This document shows positions 37,464 to 50,299 of a stretch of 64,000 nucleotides of DNA, in pieces. Position 1 is the stretch's first letter. The number at the start of each line of letters is the position of its first letter. The notes beneath the pieces were generated by a model. It made no database searches. It saw only the letters and a program-made list of their open reading frames with translations, and was not told the origin of the DNA. The translations under genes were made by a program, and so were the position numbers. The DNA is from Macrostomum hystrix (lineage: Eukaryota; Animalia; Platyhelminthes), in the NCBI GenBank assembly GCA_950097015.1, contig CATNEN010000005.1, positions 1,426,001 through 1,490,000 of the forward strand, read 5' to 3'.

Positions 37464-40085
37464 TCAGTTGTTGACGCGAGTGATCTTGTCCAGCACAATC
37501 GGATCAACGCGGAGCTTCCTCTTAGTTTCGTCGTCACGTTTTACTGAAACCATAGCAACGCAGCCTTTGTTAGATTTGCCAGTATAGCCTGGAGCTGAGA
37601 ATGCCGTGATGAGGTTTTTTTTGTAGTGCCATTCGTAGCCGGACATGCGCACATCGTGACCTGTTCGAAATTTGAGATAATTTGCGTCATCTTTAATATT
37701 TTCAGGAGGGCTGCGCGAAAATGGCACATCATGTGGCAGCCAGCGCAGACTACTGTACGCAGGCACACGCTTACACAGGTGTGTAAATCTGCTCTGACTT
37801 TCTCATCGTCAGGCAGTGTACACTCACTGTACCAAATTAATGTGGCCTCGCCGCGGAATCGAGCTCTGGGACCTTGGTGCGAGAGGCAAACGCGTAAGAC
37901 CGCTCTGCCACTCACCCCGAGATCATTTAAATAGAGCAGCATTAAAGGTGGAGAATTTGGTGTTCGTGAATAAAAAATATATCTGTTAAAGCTTTGAAAA
38001 ACTACTCTGAAGAAAAAGCTAAAAGTTCACTAACCTCGAACAATCATACTGAGCTGCCAAGAGTTCAGAAACTTCTCAATAACATTGGTGCCAAAGACGT
38101 AGGAAATCTTTCGATCATTGTTGAAATTCCAGCCTTTGCTCTGGTGCCACTTCTGATCATTTGGCCCGGTGGTGCCCTTCACGACGGACGGATCCGACCA
38201 CAGCAGATCCGACAACAGGAAGCCGTAAGTCTCGAAGGTCTTTGTGGTGATGATTTCCCGAAGAACTTCTGCTCCGATTGTAAGTAATGAAAATAATGTA
38301 CTTAGATCTCCCAATCGTATACCTATAATGCTATACTCATTAACTGATAGTTTTTCGCTCGTATGTGCGATTAACAATCTACTGCTCTAAAAGTTCATGG
38401 GATTTGATTAATCTGAAGCTCGAATATAAAAAGTTCTCAAAAGCGAATTCTCATCGTGGTAGCCTACGAAGTAATTTCTATGGTCTCACCCTTGTCCTTG
38501 ACGTAGGCGTCCCCGATTTCGCTAGGATTCTTGACCCGAGTATTGATTAGGTCAATCAGGTAGTCAACTGGCTGGCTAGACGACATGTGGTCGGGTATTT
38601 CGCAGATGTCAACTATGCGACTCTTGCCAGTGCCGGCACGACAGGTGTGACACATTGTGAGTATAGGCGAGATGCCGCCGTGGACGCAGAATATTTTTCT
38701 GTCCAGAACGCACACAGATGGCAGGTAGTCGAAGACGTGCACAAACATGTAGTACATGTTGTTGAATGACAGGTCGTACAAGGCGGCGTTATTGCCGACG
38801 TTCTCGGAGCACCTGTTATATGCGTTAGTTAATGCAGCGACTGCAATGAGTACCAACGGTACACTTGATGCAAATTTAAATTGGAAAATGGACACAAACA
38901 AACTCGTAATATAAGAGAATTAAATTTAAACAATTAATTAATTATCAATATCTGAGAGTGTACATCAACACCAACATACAACCGATGGTAGGTTGCCAGC
39001 TTAATAAAATATATTTCGAAAACCAATTTAGAGTCCTTACCTGTTGCGCACCTCATCCAAAAAACCATAGTGCTCGTGCATGTCGAAATCCTCGTGGTTG
39101 CCCTTCAGAAAGAACACCCTGCTTGGGTATCTCAGCTTGTAGTACAGCAGCAACAAAGTGGTCTCTATCTGGCGTGGTCCGCGATCCACCGAGTCGCCGC
39201 AGATCACATAACTGTACACATTTTGCTGCTCTGGTCCGCCGAATAGGAAGAGCCAGCGCAACTCGTCCGAGTGCTGGCCGTGTAAATCGGTGAACACGAA
39301 GGCTGGGCCTTCGCACTCCTCGCAGGCCATGTGCTGCACTAGGCAGTAGCGGACGGCCATAAGCAAGGCAATGATGCGGTAGCCGTTTAGCTTGTTGTCC
39401 TCCTTAGTGTCGTCATCCCATACGATTGTCAGACTGTGGTGATCATGTGTACAAGTGAGCGCATTAGGTATACATTTTGAAATTGTTTTTTGTGCCAAAA
39501 AAATTCAAACCTACCTCTATACATTTTTATGTTAACCTCGTCGATCTTAGTTATCCTATTTATCTTCGAGTCGATTTACACTGCATCTTAATCTCCCATA
39601 TTATTATTGCTATAATCTTTCCACAAGGGTTGAAATACTCACGGCCTGCCTTCGAAGCCGACATTTTCCGGCTTTGATTTTCCAGTCTTCAGAGCATTAT
39701 CTGTGGCTCTATTGAAGAACTGGTTATATTTCAGCTTCATAAACAGGATGTCCAAATCCAGATAGTTGTTCATCTCTCTGCGCAGGTTGGCAGCAGGCAG
39801 TAGTTCGTAAAATCTGGGCATAACGAGCGTGCCGTCGCCATTCTTTTGCATAGACGAACGACCCAAGCCTTTGAGGTGGAGTTTATTGAGTCACTTTTTT
39901 GGGTCAGAGTGATTAAACTGGTAGACACACCAATTAAAAACTAATTTTGGCTGCCTGACAATGATAGTGGCGTTAGATACCGATTCCTACCTACATTCGT
40001 CAATAAAACTGCAATTCATCTTACCTTCAGTTCCTCCGGCCTTCTTCTTGCCAGAAACTTTGCTGTTCTCAGAGCCTTCAGACAT
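37464..40085 (-). CDS. Divergent PPP-family (PP1-like) Ser/Thr phosphatase; 6 exons (40085-40025, 39868-39643, 39433-39041, 38812-38490, 38268-38035, 37660-37464), 477 aa
   Basis: Motifs TDLHGQ, GDSVDRG, KGNHE, VHGGISP, DLLWSDP, RGH and FSAPGY. All introns are GT-AG with phases 1,2,2,1,1, summing to 1434 nt. Confidence 0.88.
37780..37918 (-). mobile_element. tRNA-derived SINE copy in the last phosphatase intron
   Basis: Minus strand ggggtgagTGGCAGAGCGGtcttacgcgtttgcctctcgc...gagctcgattcc, the same head as the copies at 3189 and 46520. Confidence 0.6.
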
Positions 40086-40801
40086 GATCCGAAGCAAGTA
40101 TTGATAGTCACACAAGCAAGCTTTAGATTCAACCTGCCTTTTACCTTCTTTACCCCCAGTCTTATTGAATAAGCTTTTCTTACTCTCACTCTCCTAGTCC
40201 GTCGAGTCGTGAGAATGTTTGGACCCTAGACATCCACCAAAGGCAAGTGTTTGCGTGTGTGTGCGCGCGCTTAAAAGTACAATAAAACTTTATTCTCTAT
40301 GTTCCAGCCAGCTTACTCGCACTATTGACCCGATATGCATTTGCAGTGCGAACTCCACTGACAAAGCGATAAACGCGATTGTTTTTAGTTTATTAAGCTC
40401 TATATTATTTATAATTCACGATTTAAAAAACTTAATATTAACTGCGAAGACCGTTAAGATTAAATTTTAAAAGCACTGAGCACTGAGTATCATTTCAGTG
40501 GCTTGTATAGTATAGTGCATTACTTAATTTATATATTTAGGAACGGGAATCAAAACTTAACACAAGCCAATAAGCTTATTAAACAATAAATGAAGAAAGA
40601 AACATAAAGAAACAAATTATTTTCCTATGATTAAAATTAAAAGTTTGATATTAAACATGGATTTTTGTATGTCGAAATTTAAGCCAGTCAACTTGAACTT
40701 GTGAGCATTTTAGCTCACTTGTCGCTCATTTCAAACTGGAAACAATAAGTTAATTTAACAAACTGTCTACACATAATATACAAATTATGTTTCTCGAACA
40801 T

Positions 40802-43118
40802 CTAATTGGAGTCTTTGTGCTCTCCGGGATCCTTCGAATAGGCAAGACCAGACAGGGTGCTAGCCAGCACCAGAGGCGCGCCAGTCAGGCCTCTGTTATC
40901 GTCCAGATCCCCAGTCGAGGAGATTTCGAAGCTGCCGCAGACAGCGCAGGAGCCGTCAGCTGGCGTCAAGTCCAACGACGAAGACAATGACAAAGATTTA
41001 CTAAATTCCAAGCAGTGACTATTCGATTGGGTTTGACAGTCGCCGTCTGCAGGCAAGGATAAAGACTGAGGCTGCAGCAGCAGCTGATCAGGGCCGGTCG
41101 TGTCCAATCGCCTGACAGTGTGCAAGTAGTGAGCTCGCACTCGGTCAGCGTTAAACTCCTGACGACCGGCCGGATTGCCGCATAGCTCGGGCTTGGCGCA
41201 GGCGCAGGGGAAACCGGCGCGATCCACCTGAACAGGGAAGGTGGGTGGAGAAAGAATTGAAAATCTGGGAATCTGGGAATTTTAAGCGAACCAAAGACTT
41301 GGAAATAGCTCGCTGACAAGAATAAAGACTACGTAAAAAATAGACAAGAAAAAAATCTTTAGTTGATAAGAACAAGAACAAAGACTAACGGACAAGAATA
41401 AATACTTGCTGACGAGAACAGAGACTAGCAGACCAGAATCAAGACTATCCTTTCCGATTATAAGAATAAGAGACAAGCTGACAGACTAATATCCATCACT
41501 AGATAGTCACCAGACACGGGATGTCATCGCCGGCGCAGGGGCAAACGCCGGGCTGGCAGCCGTCGCGGCAGTTGCAGCCGCACTGCTCCCGGCTGGCGCG
41601 AATGGCGCGACACTCGGCCCGCTCCTCGGCGGCGTCGGCCCGACGGACGCCGGATTCGCGCAGAAGCTGACGCCTTGATTTAATTGGCAACGGCGACAGA
41701 GCCTGGGCATCGTCGACGCTGATGCCGACGCCTGACGGAATGTCGCGCGGCGTTAGGCATTCAACACCGCAGTGGCTGAGCTGCATTCCTAGGCCGACAC
41801 TGCCGCGGCTGGGGACACAGGAGAAGCCGAGAGCGCGCTCGAATAGGAAGGCGCGGAATTCGTCGGCGAAGCGAACTCGACGCGGCTGCTTGGATGCCGG
41901 TTGAAGCTCCGGTTGGAATGGAGACTGGGACGCCGGCAAAAATGACGACTGGGATTCGGGTTCGAATACGGATTGGGACTGCGACAAGGATAAGGCTTGG
42001 CTAGCCAGCTGAGCAATGGACTGGGATCCTTGGTCAGCGGCGGCCTGGGGCGAGGGAACACGAATCAGGATGACAGACGGCGGCGACTGGGACCGAGTGA
42101 CAGACGGCGATTGGGACCGAGCGACAGACGGCGATTGGGACCGAGTGACAGACGGCGATTGCGATCGAGTGACAGACGGCGACTGGGATCGAGTGACAGA
42201 CGGCGACTGGGATCGAGTGACAGACGGCGATTGGGACCGAGTGACAGACCGCGGCGACTGGGACCCAGTGACAGATGGCGGCGACTGGGATCGAGTGACA
42301 GACGGCGATTGGGACCGAGTGACAGACGGCGATTGGGACCGAGTGACAGACCGCGGCGACTGGGACCCAGTGACAGATGGCGGCGACTGGGACCGAGTGA
42401 CAGACGGCGATTGCGATCGAGTGACAGACGGCGATTGCGATCGAGTGACAGACGGCGACTGGGATCGAGTGACAGACGGCGACTGGGATCGAGTGACAGG
42501 CAGTGGCATGGGCCGAGTGACAGACGGCGATTGCGATCGAGTGACAGACGGCGACTGGGATCGAGTGACAGGCAGTGGCATGGGCCGAGTGACAGACGGC
42601 GGCGACTGCGATCGCGATAGATGCGAGTGCTCTTGTCGCAATGCTTTGAAGTTGCAGCTAAACCGTTGTGATGAAGGATCGACGGAGATTATTGGCAAGT
42701 TTATCTGCCTTAGATTCTCAAGCTGAACGCTGTCTTGAGAAATTCTTTGAGTACCACAAGGAATTGTTTTAATCAATTTAACAGCTGGCTGCACTTGATG
42801 AAGCCTTCTTCGCTGCTGCTGCTGCTGTTGCTTTTCCTGACACGCAGAGCCCACCGCTCGAAACAGAGTGCTAGTACTCAAGTGTTTACTCATCGAAGCT
42901 TTAGGTTTTGTACGACCTAAAGCAGCAGCATCAGCTGGAACTGTAGCAGGCGTAGGAACTGTTGATGAAGAAGACAAATGAATGGAAGAATTGACAACAC
43001 ATCTGGGTCGTTTAATTATAACTGGCGGCGCATTCTTTGTAGCCTCGCTTGCGGCAGCGGCAGCGGTCGCGGCGCCTGAGGTCAGGACGTCGGAGGCAGT
43101 GCAGTTTGAACGCTTCAT
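40802..43118 (-). CDS. CSRNP: Cysteine/serine-rich nuclear protein (CSRNP/AXUD1 family); 2 exons (43118-41511, 41227-40802), about 677 aa
   Basis: RRVRF...FERALGFSCVPSRGSVGLGM, RRQLLRESGV, IRASREQCGCNC, CPCAGDDIPCL|VDRAGFPCAC..CGNPAGRQEFNADRVRAHYLHT; phase-0 GT-AG intron. Confidence 0.9.
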
Positions 43119-43319
43119 TAGAATTCCAACTGAAGTGGCATTAGAAAAACAAAAGCTTTTTTATTGTTAATACGAGTAATACAGACAATAATTTATTGTT
43201 TATATATATATTTAGACAGTTATAATAGGAAGGAGATATGGATTTAAAGGGTAAAGGGTTGGGACTTATAGGTAAGAGGATAAAGAGTTAAGAAGGACGT
43301 TAGAGTCATAGTAAATGGG

Positions 43320-43790
43320 ATTGTAATTGGTAGGGAAAAGGATTGGGATATGCAGGAAACGGGATTAGGATTTGTAGGGAAGGGGATTGGGATTGGGATT
43401 CGTAGGGAAGGTGAATGGCATTTGAAGGGAAAGGGATTGGGATTTTAGAGAAGAGGATTTTTAGGGAAGGGGATTGGGACTCGTAGGCAGGGGAATAGGA
43501 TTGTGGTTTGTAGGGAAGGGGATTGGGGTTTGTAGGGAAGGGGATTGGGATTTTTAGGGATTAGGATTGGGATTCGTAGCGAAGGGGAATGGGATTGGGA
43601 TTTGTAGGGAAGGGGATTGGGGTTTGTAGGGAATGGGATTGGGATTCGTAGCGAAGGGGAATGGGATTGGGATTTGTAGGGAAGGGGATTGGGGTTTGTA
43701 GGGAATGGGATTGGGATTCGTAGGGAAGGGGAATGGGGTTTGTAGGGAAGGGATTGGGATTCGTAGGGATTGGGATTCGTAAGGATTCGA
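43320..43790. repeat. G-rich degenerate repeat built from gggatt/gggaat/gtaggga units
   Basis: Direct reading; lies upstream of the CSRNP start. Confidence 0.8.
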
Positions 43791-44387
43791 TATAAGGACA
43801 TTTATAAAATAATTAACAAAAGTGCAAAGTTCAAGCAAATACGAGTAAATTTGGTCAATATAAGTCAATCACCAATTTTTTTAACAATATATTTGGCAGC
43901 TTGAAACATAATTGGCAAAAAATCTATGACCTTATAATCTGTTAACCTTATAGAATATAGAGTACGCAAAACGCAAAATATTTCCAAGGTAGGGACATAA
44001 ACGAAAGATATTTTTTTAGCTAAACGCAAAATGTAAAACAAAATGGCAGACTAGAATGTAAAAAATAGGAAACATTTTTGCATATCACAGCCACCAAGAA
44101 TCAGTGTCTCATTTGTTTTTTTACTATTATTAAAAGTTAAAAGAATAGAAGCATCTTTATCTATTTATTTAGTTTAGGTTTCATAGAAAAGGTTGGACTT
44201 GTAAACAGTTGGAGGACAAAAACCGAACTTAAGTACAAATAAACAAATGGGTGCAATGGGTAAAGGCTTAAGACTGCAAATTAAAAATGCGGCAAATTTT
44301 TCATTTGAATTTTTTCTTTCACTTCAAGAGACAAAATTGCCAAACCGATCTCTTTTTATTCCTGAGAGCTGCATATTGCGCAATGGT

Positions 44388-45532
44388 GGACAGTGGGATT
44401 TTAATGTAGGACAGTGGGATTCAGATGTAGGACAGTCGGATTCAGATGTAGGACAATCGGATTTAGATGTAGGACAGTGGGATTCAGATGTAGGACAGTC
44501 GGATTCAGATGTAGGACAGTCGGATTCAGATGGTGGACAGTCGGATTCAGATGGTGGACAGTCGGATTTAGATGGAGGACAGTCGGATTCAGATGTAGGA
44601 CAGTCGGATTCAGATGTAGGACAGTCGGATTCAGATGTAGGACAGTCGGATTCAGATGTAGGACAGTCGGATTCAGATGGTGGACAGTCGGATTCAGATG
44701 GTGGACAGTCGGATTCAGATGGTGGACAGTCCGATTCAGATGGAGGACAGTCGGATTCAGATGTAGGACAGTCGGATTCAGATGGTGGACAGTCGGATTC
44801 AGATGGTGGACAGTCGGATTCAGATGGTGGACAGTCGGATTCAGATGGTGGACAGTCGGATTCAGATGGTGGACAGTCGGATTCAGATGGAGGACAGTCG
44901 GATTCAGATGGTGGACAGTCGGATTCAGATGGTGGACAGTCGGATTCAGATGGTGGACAGTCGGATTCAGATGTAGGACAGTCGGATTCAGATGGTGGAC
45001 AGTCGGATTTAGATGGAGGACAGTCGGATTCAGATGTAGGGCAGTCGGATTCAGATGGTGGACAGTCGGATTCAGATGTAGGACAGTGGGATTCAGATGT
45101 AGGACAGTCGGATTCAGATGGTGGACAGTCGGATTCAGATGGTGGACAGTCGGATTCAGATGGTGGACAGTCGGATTCAGATGTAGGACAGTGGGATTCA
45201 GATGTAGGACAGTCGGATTCAGATGGTGGACAGTCAGATTCAGATGGTGGACAGTCGGATTCAGATGGTGGACAGTCGGATTCAGATGTAGGACAGTGGG
45301 ATTCAGATGGTGGACAGTCGGATTCAGATGGTAGACAGTCGGATTCAGATGTAGGACAGTCGGATTCAGATGTAGGACCGTCGGATTCAGATGTAGGACA
45401 GTCGGATTCAGATTGTGGACAGTCGGATTCAGATGTAGGACAGTCGGATTCAGATTGTGGACAGTCGGATTCAGATGGTGGACAGTCGGATTCAGATTGT
45501 GGACAGTCGGATTCAGATGGTGGACAGTCGGA
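44388..45532. repeat. 21-bp minisatellite (ggacagtcggattcagat[gta/ggt])n, about 54 copies
   Basis: Direct reading. The unit is stop-free in several frames, which explains the GQSDSDG and PPSESDC ORFs. Confidence 0.95.
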
Positions 45533-45616
45533 ATTAATTAGGCAAGCAGGCAACACTTTGTGAACCAGACTAAGCGCGGAATAGGATAAACGCAATAATA
45601 TTCTCAATGAGTCCAG

Positions 45617-46150
45617 TCAATGCTTCACCTGAGAAGCCAGCCAATCCATGGCAGCAGATAGGCCTTCTCCGCTGATAGCGCAACATGCCTGAATGTGCCA
45701 GGCCCTGCATCTCAAGCATGTGAGATCCAAGCTTTTGCTAATCTCGGCGGCGCTTAACCTTCCAGCAATGTCCTGCTTATTGGCCAGTACTAGAAGCGAG
45801 GCTTTGCGCAACTGATCCGAAGCCAGCATGCTGTACAATTCAGATTTAATCAATTCTAATCTTTGCCTATCGGCTGAATCAATGACTAGGATGACAAAAT
45901 CCGTGCCCGAATAGTACGATTCCCATGTAGTTCGAACGGAGCTCTGGCCGCCTAGATCCCAGACAACGAATCTGAGATTTCGCCATTGCAATTCTTCCAC
46001 ATTGGAACCCAGTGTCGGGGCTGTGTGCACAGTTTCATCCAATACTAGCTGGTACAGTATAGTGGTTTTGCCAGCATTGTCTAGGCCAACTAATAGCAAT
46101 TTGTGCTGCTGGCTGCCAAATAAGCACCACAGCCTGGCTAGGACTAGACC
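45617..46150 (-). CDS. ARL5: ADP-ribosylation factor-like GTPase 5; coding body is a single exon starting at Gly2 after a splice acceptor
   Basis: GLVLARLWCLF..HKLLLVGLDNAGKTTILYQ, TAPTLGSNVEE, WDLGGQ, ELYSML..LRKASLLVLANKQD and WHIQACCAISGEGL match the ARL5 subfamily. The acceptor ctcttcag ends at 46151. Confidence 0.9.
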   Translation of the reverse strand, partial: GLVLARLWCLFGSQQHKLLLVGLDNAGKTTILYQLVLDETVHTAPTLGSNVEELQWRNLRFVVWDLGGQSSVRTTWESYYSGTDFVILVIDSADRQRLELIKSELYSMLASDQLRKASLLVLANKQDIAGRLSAAEISKSLDLTCLRCRAWHIQACCAISGEGLSAAMDWLASQVKH

Positions 46151-46519
46151 CTGAAGAGATTTTGTTGCAAACATTTTTAAATGGGTTCCCTAAAACACTG
46201 TTTCACTAAAAATGATAATTTAAACAAAAAACACAATTTCTTGAGGCGAAAGGTGATATACTCTGTTTAGAAATATGAATTGTTATTCAAGTATTTAGCC
46301 AAGGATTTGCTACTGTTGAAGTACACTCATTATGTGCTTTGTGGATGCTTTGTATGAGATGATGTATTTCATCAGATATTGCTACATCTGCTTTAACACA
46401 TGAACTAGCTATGAATTTACACCTCAGGCAGACAAATAAACTGACAAAAACAGACAGATAAGTTCAGTAATTGTTATATTTTTATTTAAAATATACTCTC
46501 CATTTGCAGCATTCAATAT

Positions 46520-46670
46520 GGGGGAGAGTGGCAGAGTGGTCTAATGCATTTGCCTCTAGCAACATGATCCCTAAGCATAATTCAGTGGCAAGGGGCAGCA
46601 TTGCCTCCTTGCTGGCTGCTGGTCTAGTGTCAATAAATGGTGTGCCATCACCTGCAGCCCTCCTGCAATT
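46520..46670 (+). mobile_element. tRNA-derived SINE copy, more decayed
   Basis: ggggagagtggcagagtggtctaatgcatttgcctctagc...gctggctgctggtctagtgtca...gccatcacctgcagccctcctgcaatt matches the reverse complement of 3078-3189. Confidence 0.65.
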
Positions 46671-47674
46671 ATTTTTGCATTTCTTTACTATTTTCATTGA
46701 TGATAAACATTTGGGTGCTATGAGCAATAACACAGCATATCTCACATAAAATTTCTAGCAAATGTGGACAATTAGTAAAATTTTAATTTCAATAGGGTCA
46801 AGAACTTATGTTTTTTGATTAGCATGAAAAAAGGCAGTGCTTATTCTAACAGTCAAATGTGAAAAATTAGGAAATTATACACATGGTTCTGTGCCAACAA
46901 TGTCTAGCTAATCTACATGGCAGCTTGCCTAAATAATAGCATTACTCTACACTACATGATATGCCACACCAAACAATAGCTCTATGATTTGTATAATGCC
47001 CATCACAGCTACATAACTGCATACATTGACTCTAAGATTTTTATGGAAGTCCTAAAATTTAGTTTAAGAATTGGTTTACAAAGTCAACAAACAATTGCAG
47101 AAATATCACTAAGATGTGTGCCAGGCTTTAAACCCTTTAATTATTTTTTCTGATCATTTCTTTCAGCTTTGCTTGTCTTGATTTATAATATGGCTTTGAT
47201 CATATCATTTACTTTTTGTCTTTGTTAGGAAGTCTTTGTCCTACATTATTTGCTTTTCATTTAACGCCTTAATTTTGAGGTCTTGAGAAAAAATGGTAAC
47301 AACCATTAAAAGTTACTAGTGTTCCACTGTAGCTATGGATATGGCTACAGGAAGTTACAGATATGAAGCGTTTGGACAATAGTTACTGATAGAGATATGT
47401 GTACAGAAACCCATATCTAGTTTCCCATATCTAGTTTCTGTATCTTGAGTTCTCAAATATAGTTTGCACTGAAGTGATTAAAACAAGCAGTATAGGCACA
47501 AAAGAGACAGCAAGAAAAAATTAAATTGAGAAAAAACACAAAACATCTACAAACACAAGCCCCTAAATACTTCAAAGCTACACATTTATAGGGATCAAAA
47601 AACAAAGGGACATATTTCTATCCTTAATTTACAAATTTAAATATTTCTTAATTTGCAACCATGTCAAAGCCACA

Positions 47675-47850
47675 AAACCAACCTCAACTCTATGGAAATA
47701 CTTTACTCAATGTGATGGTGACATACACATAGCAATGTGCTTATTGTGTGACAAAGTTAAGTAGGGGTACAATAAGTCTCACTTGTCAGAGGGCAGCATG
47801 TTGAAGCATCTTGCAGATAAGCAACCTGATGCTTACAAAGAAGGTCATGA
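47675..47850 (+). pseudogene. Decayed BED zinc finger, probably a hAT transposase relic
   Basis: STLWKYFTQCDGDIHIAMCLLCDKVK*...MLKHLADKQPDAY has the BED W-x-x-F, CxxC and L-x-x-HL pattern with an in-frame stop and loss of the last His. Confidence 0.6.
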
Positions 47851-50149
47851 GAAAGAACAACTGAAGGTGCAGAAAAGAGCCAACAAATAGGCAGCCTAGA
47901 ATTTGCCCCTTTGAAAAATCTATTTAAGAGTAACACATTTATATATGATACAAAGGCTGCAGGAAGTTACGGGACTTTTTTATGGATATTGATATGGATA
48001 GGCAATGGGAAAACTTTTTGATACAGACATGGATACAGATATGGGAAAGGCAGTGTTTATTCCCATGGTCCAGTGCCAATAATTTTCTGCTTATCCACAT
48101 GGTAGCTTGTATGAATATGTATACAAGTCTTTATATATGCCGTGCCATTAATTTCAATTTTATCCACATGAATCTGCTTTGTTGAACCCTTGAGCCAATA
48201 GATCAGCAAAGATGCCAGTGTGTTATGACAGTGTTCTACATTTTGACCTACACATTCATTAACTGACATTAATATCATCCTTTTCAATTATTGTAATAAC
48301 AACTTACTAAATATTTTGTCATTGTTACATGTTTTTATTTGAATTGTATTGACTTAAAAAGTAAGAAGTCTATCAAAGAAAATCATACGAGTCAACCAGC
48401 AGAATTCTAGTCAGCACTGAACTTTTCACACATTATACATCATTGTTATTCTTTTACACTATGCATTGATAGTGTGCACTATACACTATACACTGAAGCA
48501 AAAGCCTTATGCTCAGAGAAGAATAGGTACCTAGGGACTTGAAAGTAGAGAAAATCATAGCTACCTATCTAATGAAGAAAATGGTCCAGCAAAAGCACTG
48601 TTTAAACTTTCAAGAATTTAATGCCTAAGTCCAAAGGACACAAAATTGTAAAGATTTGCAGAGGAAAGTGAGGAACTAGTTGACATGCTTTTGTCGGGTT
48701 TCTGAAACCTTATTTTCATACAGTAACAAGTCAGTAGGCACTAGTATCATTTGCGCATTTGCATCATAGGCCTATCATATTTCAAGCGCATGTTCAATAC
48801 AAATGTCAGCACGATTTCTCATACAATTGTTAGCAATGTTACCTATTCATACAAGCTGCCATGTGGATAGGCCTAAGCATAAACTTATCGGCATGGATAA
48901 AATTGGATAAAATTGTCATTATTGGCACGGGACTGTAGGAATAAGCACTGCCTATGGGAAAAATTGGTTATGGCAGAACTCTAGAGGTTAAACAAGTATA
49001 GGGCCTATTATTATTACATGTTTTATTATGACATCTAAAATAGATTAAAAAAGCTGCCAATGCATTAAGATAGACCCTATAGGCCTAATTAAAGTTAAAA
49101 TTAAGTATATATGCACTAGGGCTAGGCTCATGGAGAATTTGGAACTAAGGACCTAGGCAAAAGAAGATTACAGGGCAGTTACAACTCACAAGTGCATAGT
49201 GGATAGCTGCTAGGCCCTAGTCCTGATTTCCATCAACTAGATAGGCCTAGGCCTAGTGCTATGCCATAGACTAGCCTACCTAATATATTCAAGGCAAATA
49301 GACTTTTACCTACAAACGTTTATACCTGTTAAACAAATACAGGCCTATGCAAGAATAGGCCTATGCAAAATTTAGATAATCATTCATTAAACATCTAAAA
49401 AAATTGGCAAAACAAACAAACAATGTATTTTATGGCAGTGACTATACATAAAAAGATTTAATCAAACAACTCTATGTTGCGTAAATTTATTAACATATCT
49501 AACCAAAATGATAAACTAATGTCATTCCAGAGATTCACGTGCAATGTGCGTCGTCTAATGCGAGCCTGCGACAGAGAAAATTCCTACTCAGAGAATTTCA
49601 TGAAAGTTTTGAATTAGTTTCTTTTCTAAGAAAGGTACATTACAGGAAACGAAGTATTTAGGCCCCTATGGTTTTCTTTTTGCAATAATTTCCGTTTCGA
49701 ACAAAAATTTCTTACTTCCAAGCTGTACTATCAACTATAAGAACCTTTTTTGCTAAAGCGTACTGTAAAAACTTAAAGGATTAATTAAAATAAGTGACTA
49801 AAAACAAAGTGCAGAGCTGAAAAGTTTGCCTGTCTTGATTTCAAATTAATTCGTGTTAATTTACTGGTAGAAATGTAAATAAATGAGTTATCAGCATACA
49901 ATATAAATCAAGTAAACACCATTTTTATCTCAGAAGCTTCAATTTTTAAGCTTCTCATAGAAAAACTATATATATATTAGTGTTGATGAGTCGACGCAGG
50001 CGATGAACTAACTGTACGCTACCTCTATGCATGCCAATGTATGAATTTTTAAGCTGCCAGCAGGGCTCCATCATACAAAAATGAGTTACTGGCTGACTGA
50101 CTGACTGACTATAGACAATAGACTAATACCTTGCATCTACAAGTCATAG

Positions 50150-50290
50150 CAGCATCGGCAGCCTGCTGGAGTCTCATGCATCGGTAGCCTGCTGGAGTCT
50201 CACAGCAGCAGCTGCCTGAAGTCTCACAGCAGCGGCAGCCTGGAGTCTCACAGCATCGGCAGCCTGGAGTCTCACAGCAACGGCATCGCC
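50150..50290. repeat. Short degenerate tandem repeat with core cagcatcggcagcctg(ct)ggagtctca, about 5 copies
   Basis: Direct reading. Confidence 0.7.
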
Positions 50291-50299
50291 GACTGCCTA

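Noticed and set aside
44247-45607. Long GQSDSDG / PPSESDC ORFs as an SD-repeat or phosphophoryn-like protein
   Set aside because: The 21-bp unit is stop-free in several frames on both strands, there is no signal peptide, and variants do not favour synonymous sites. A non-coding minisatellite explains it.
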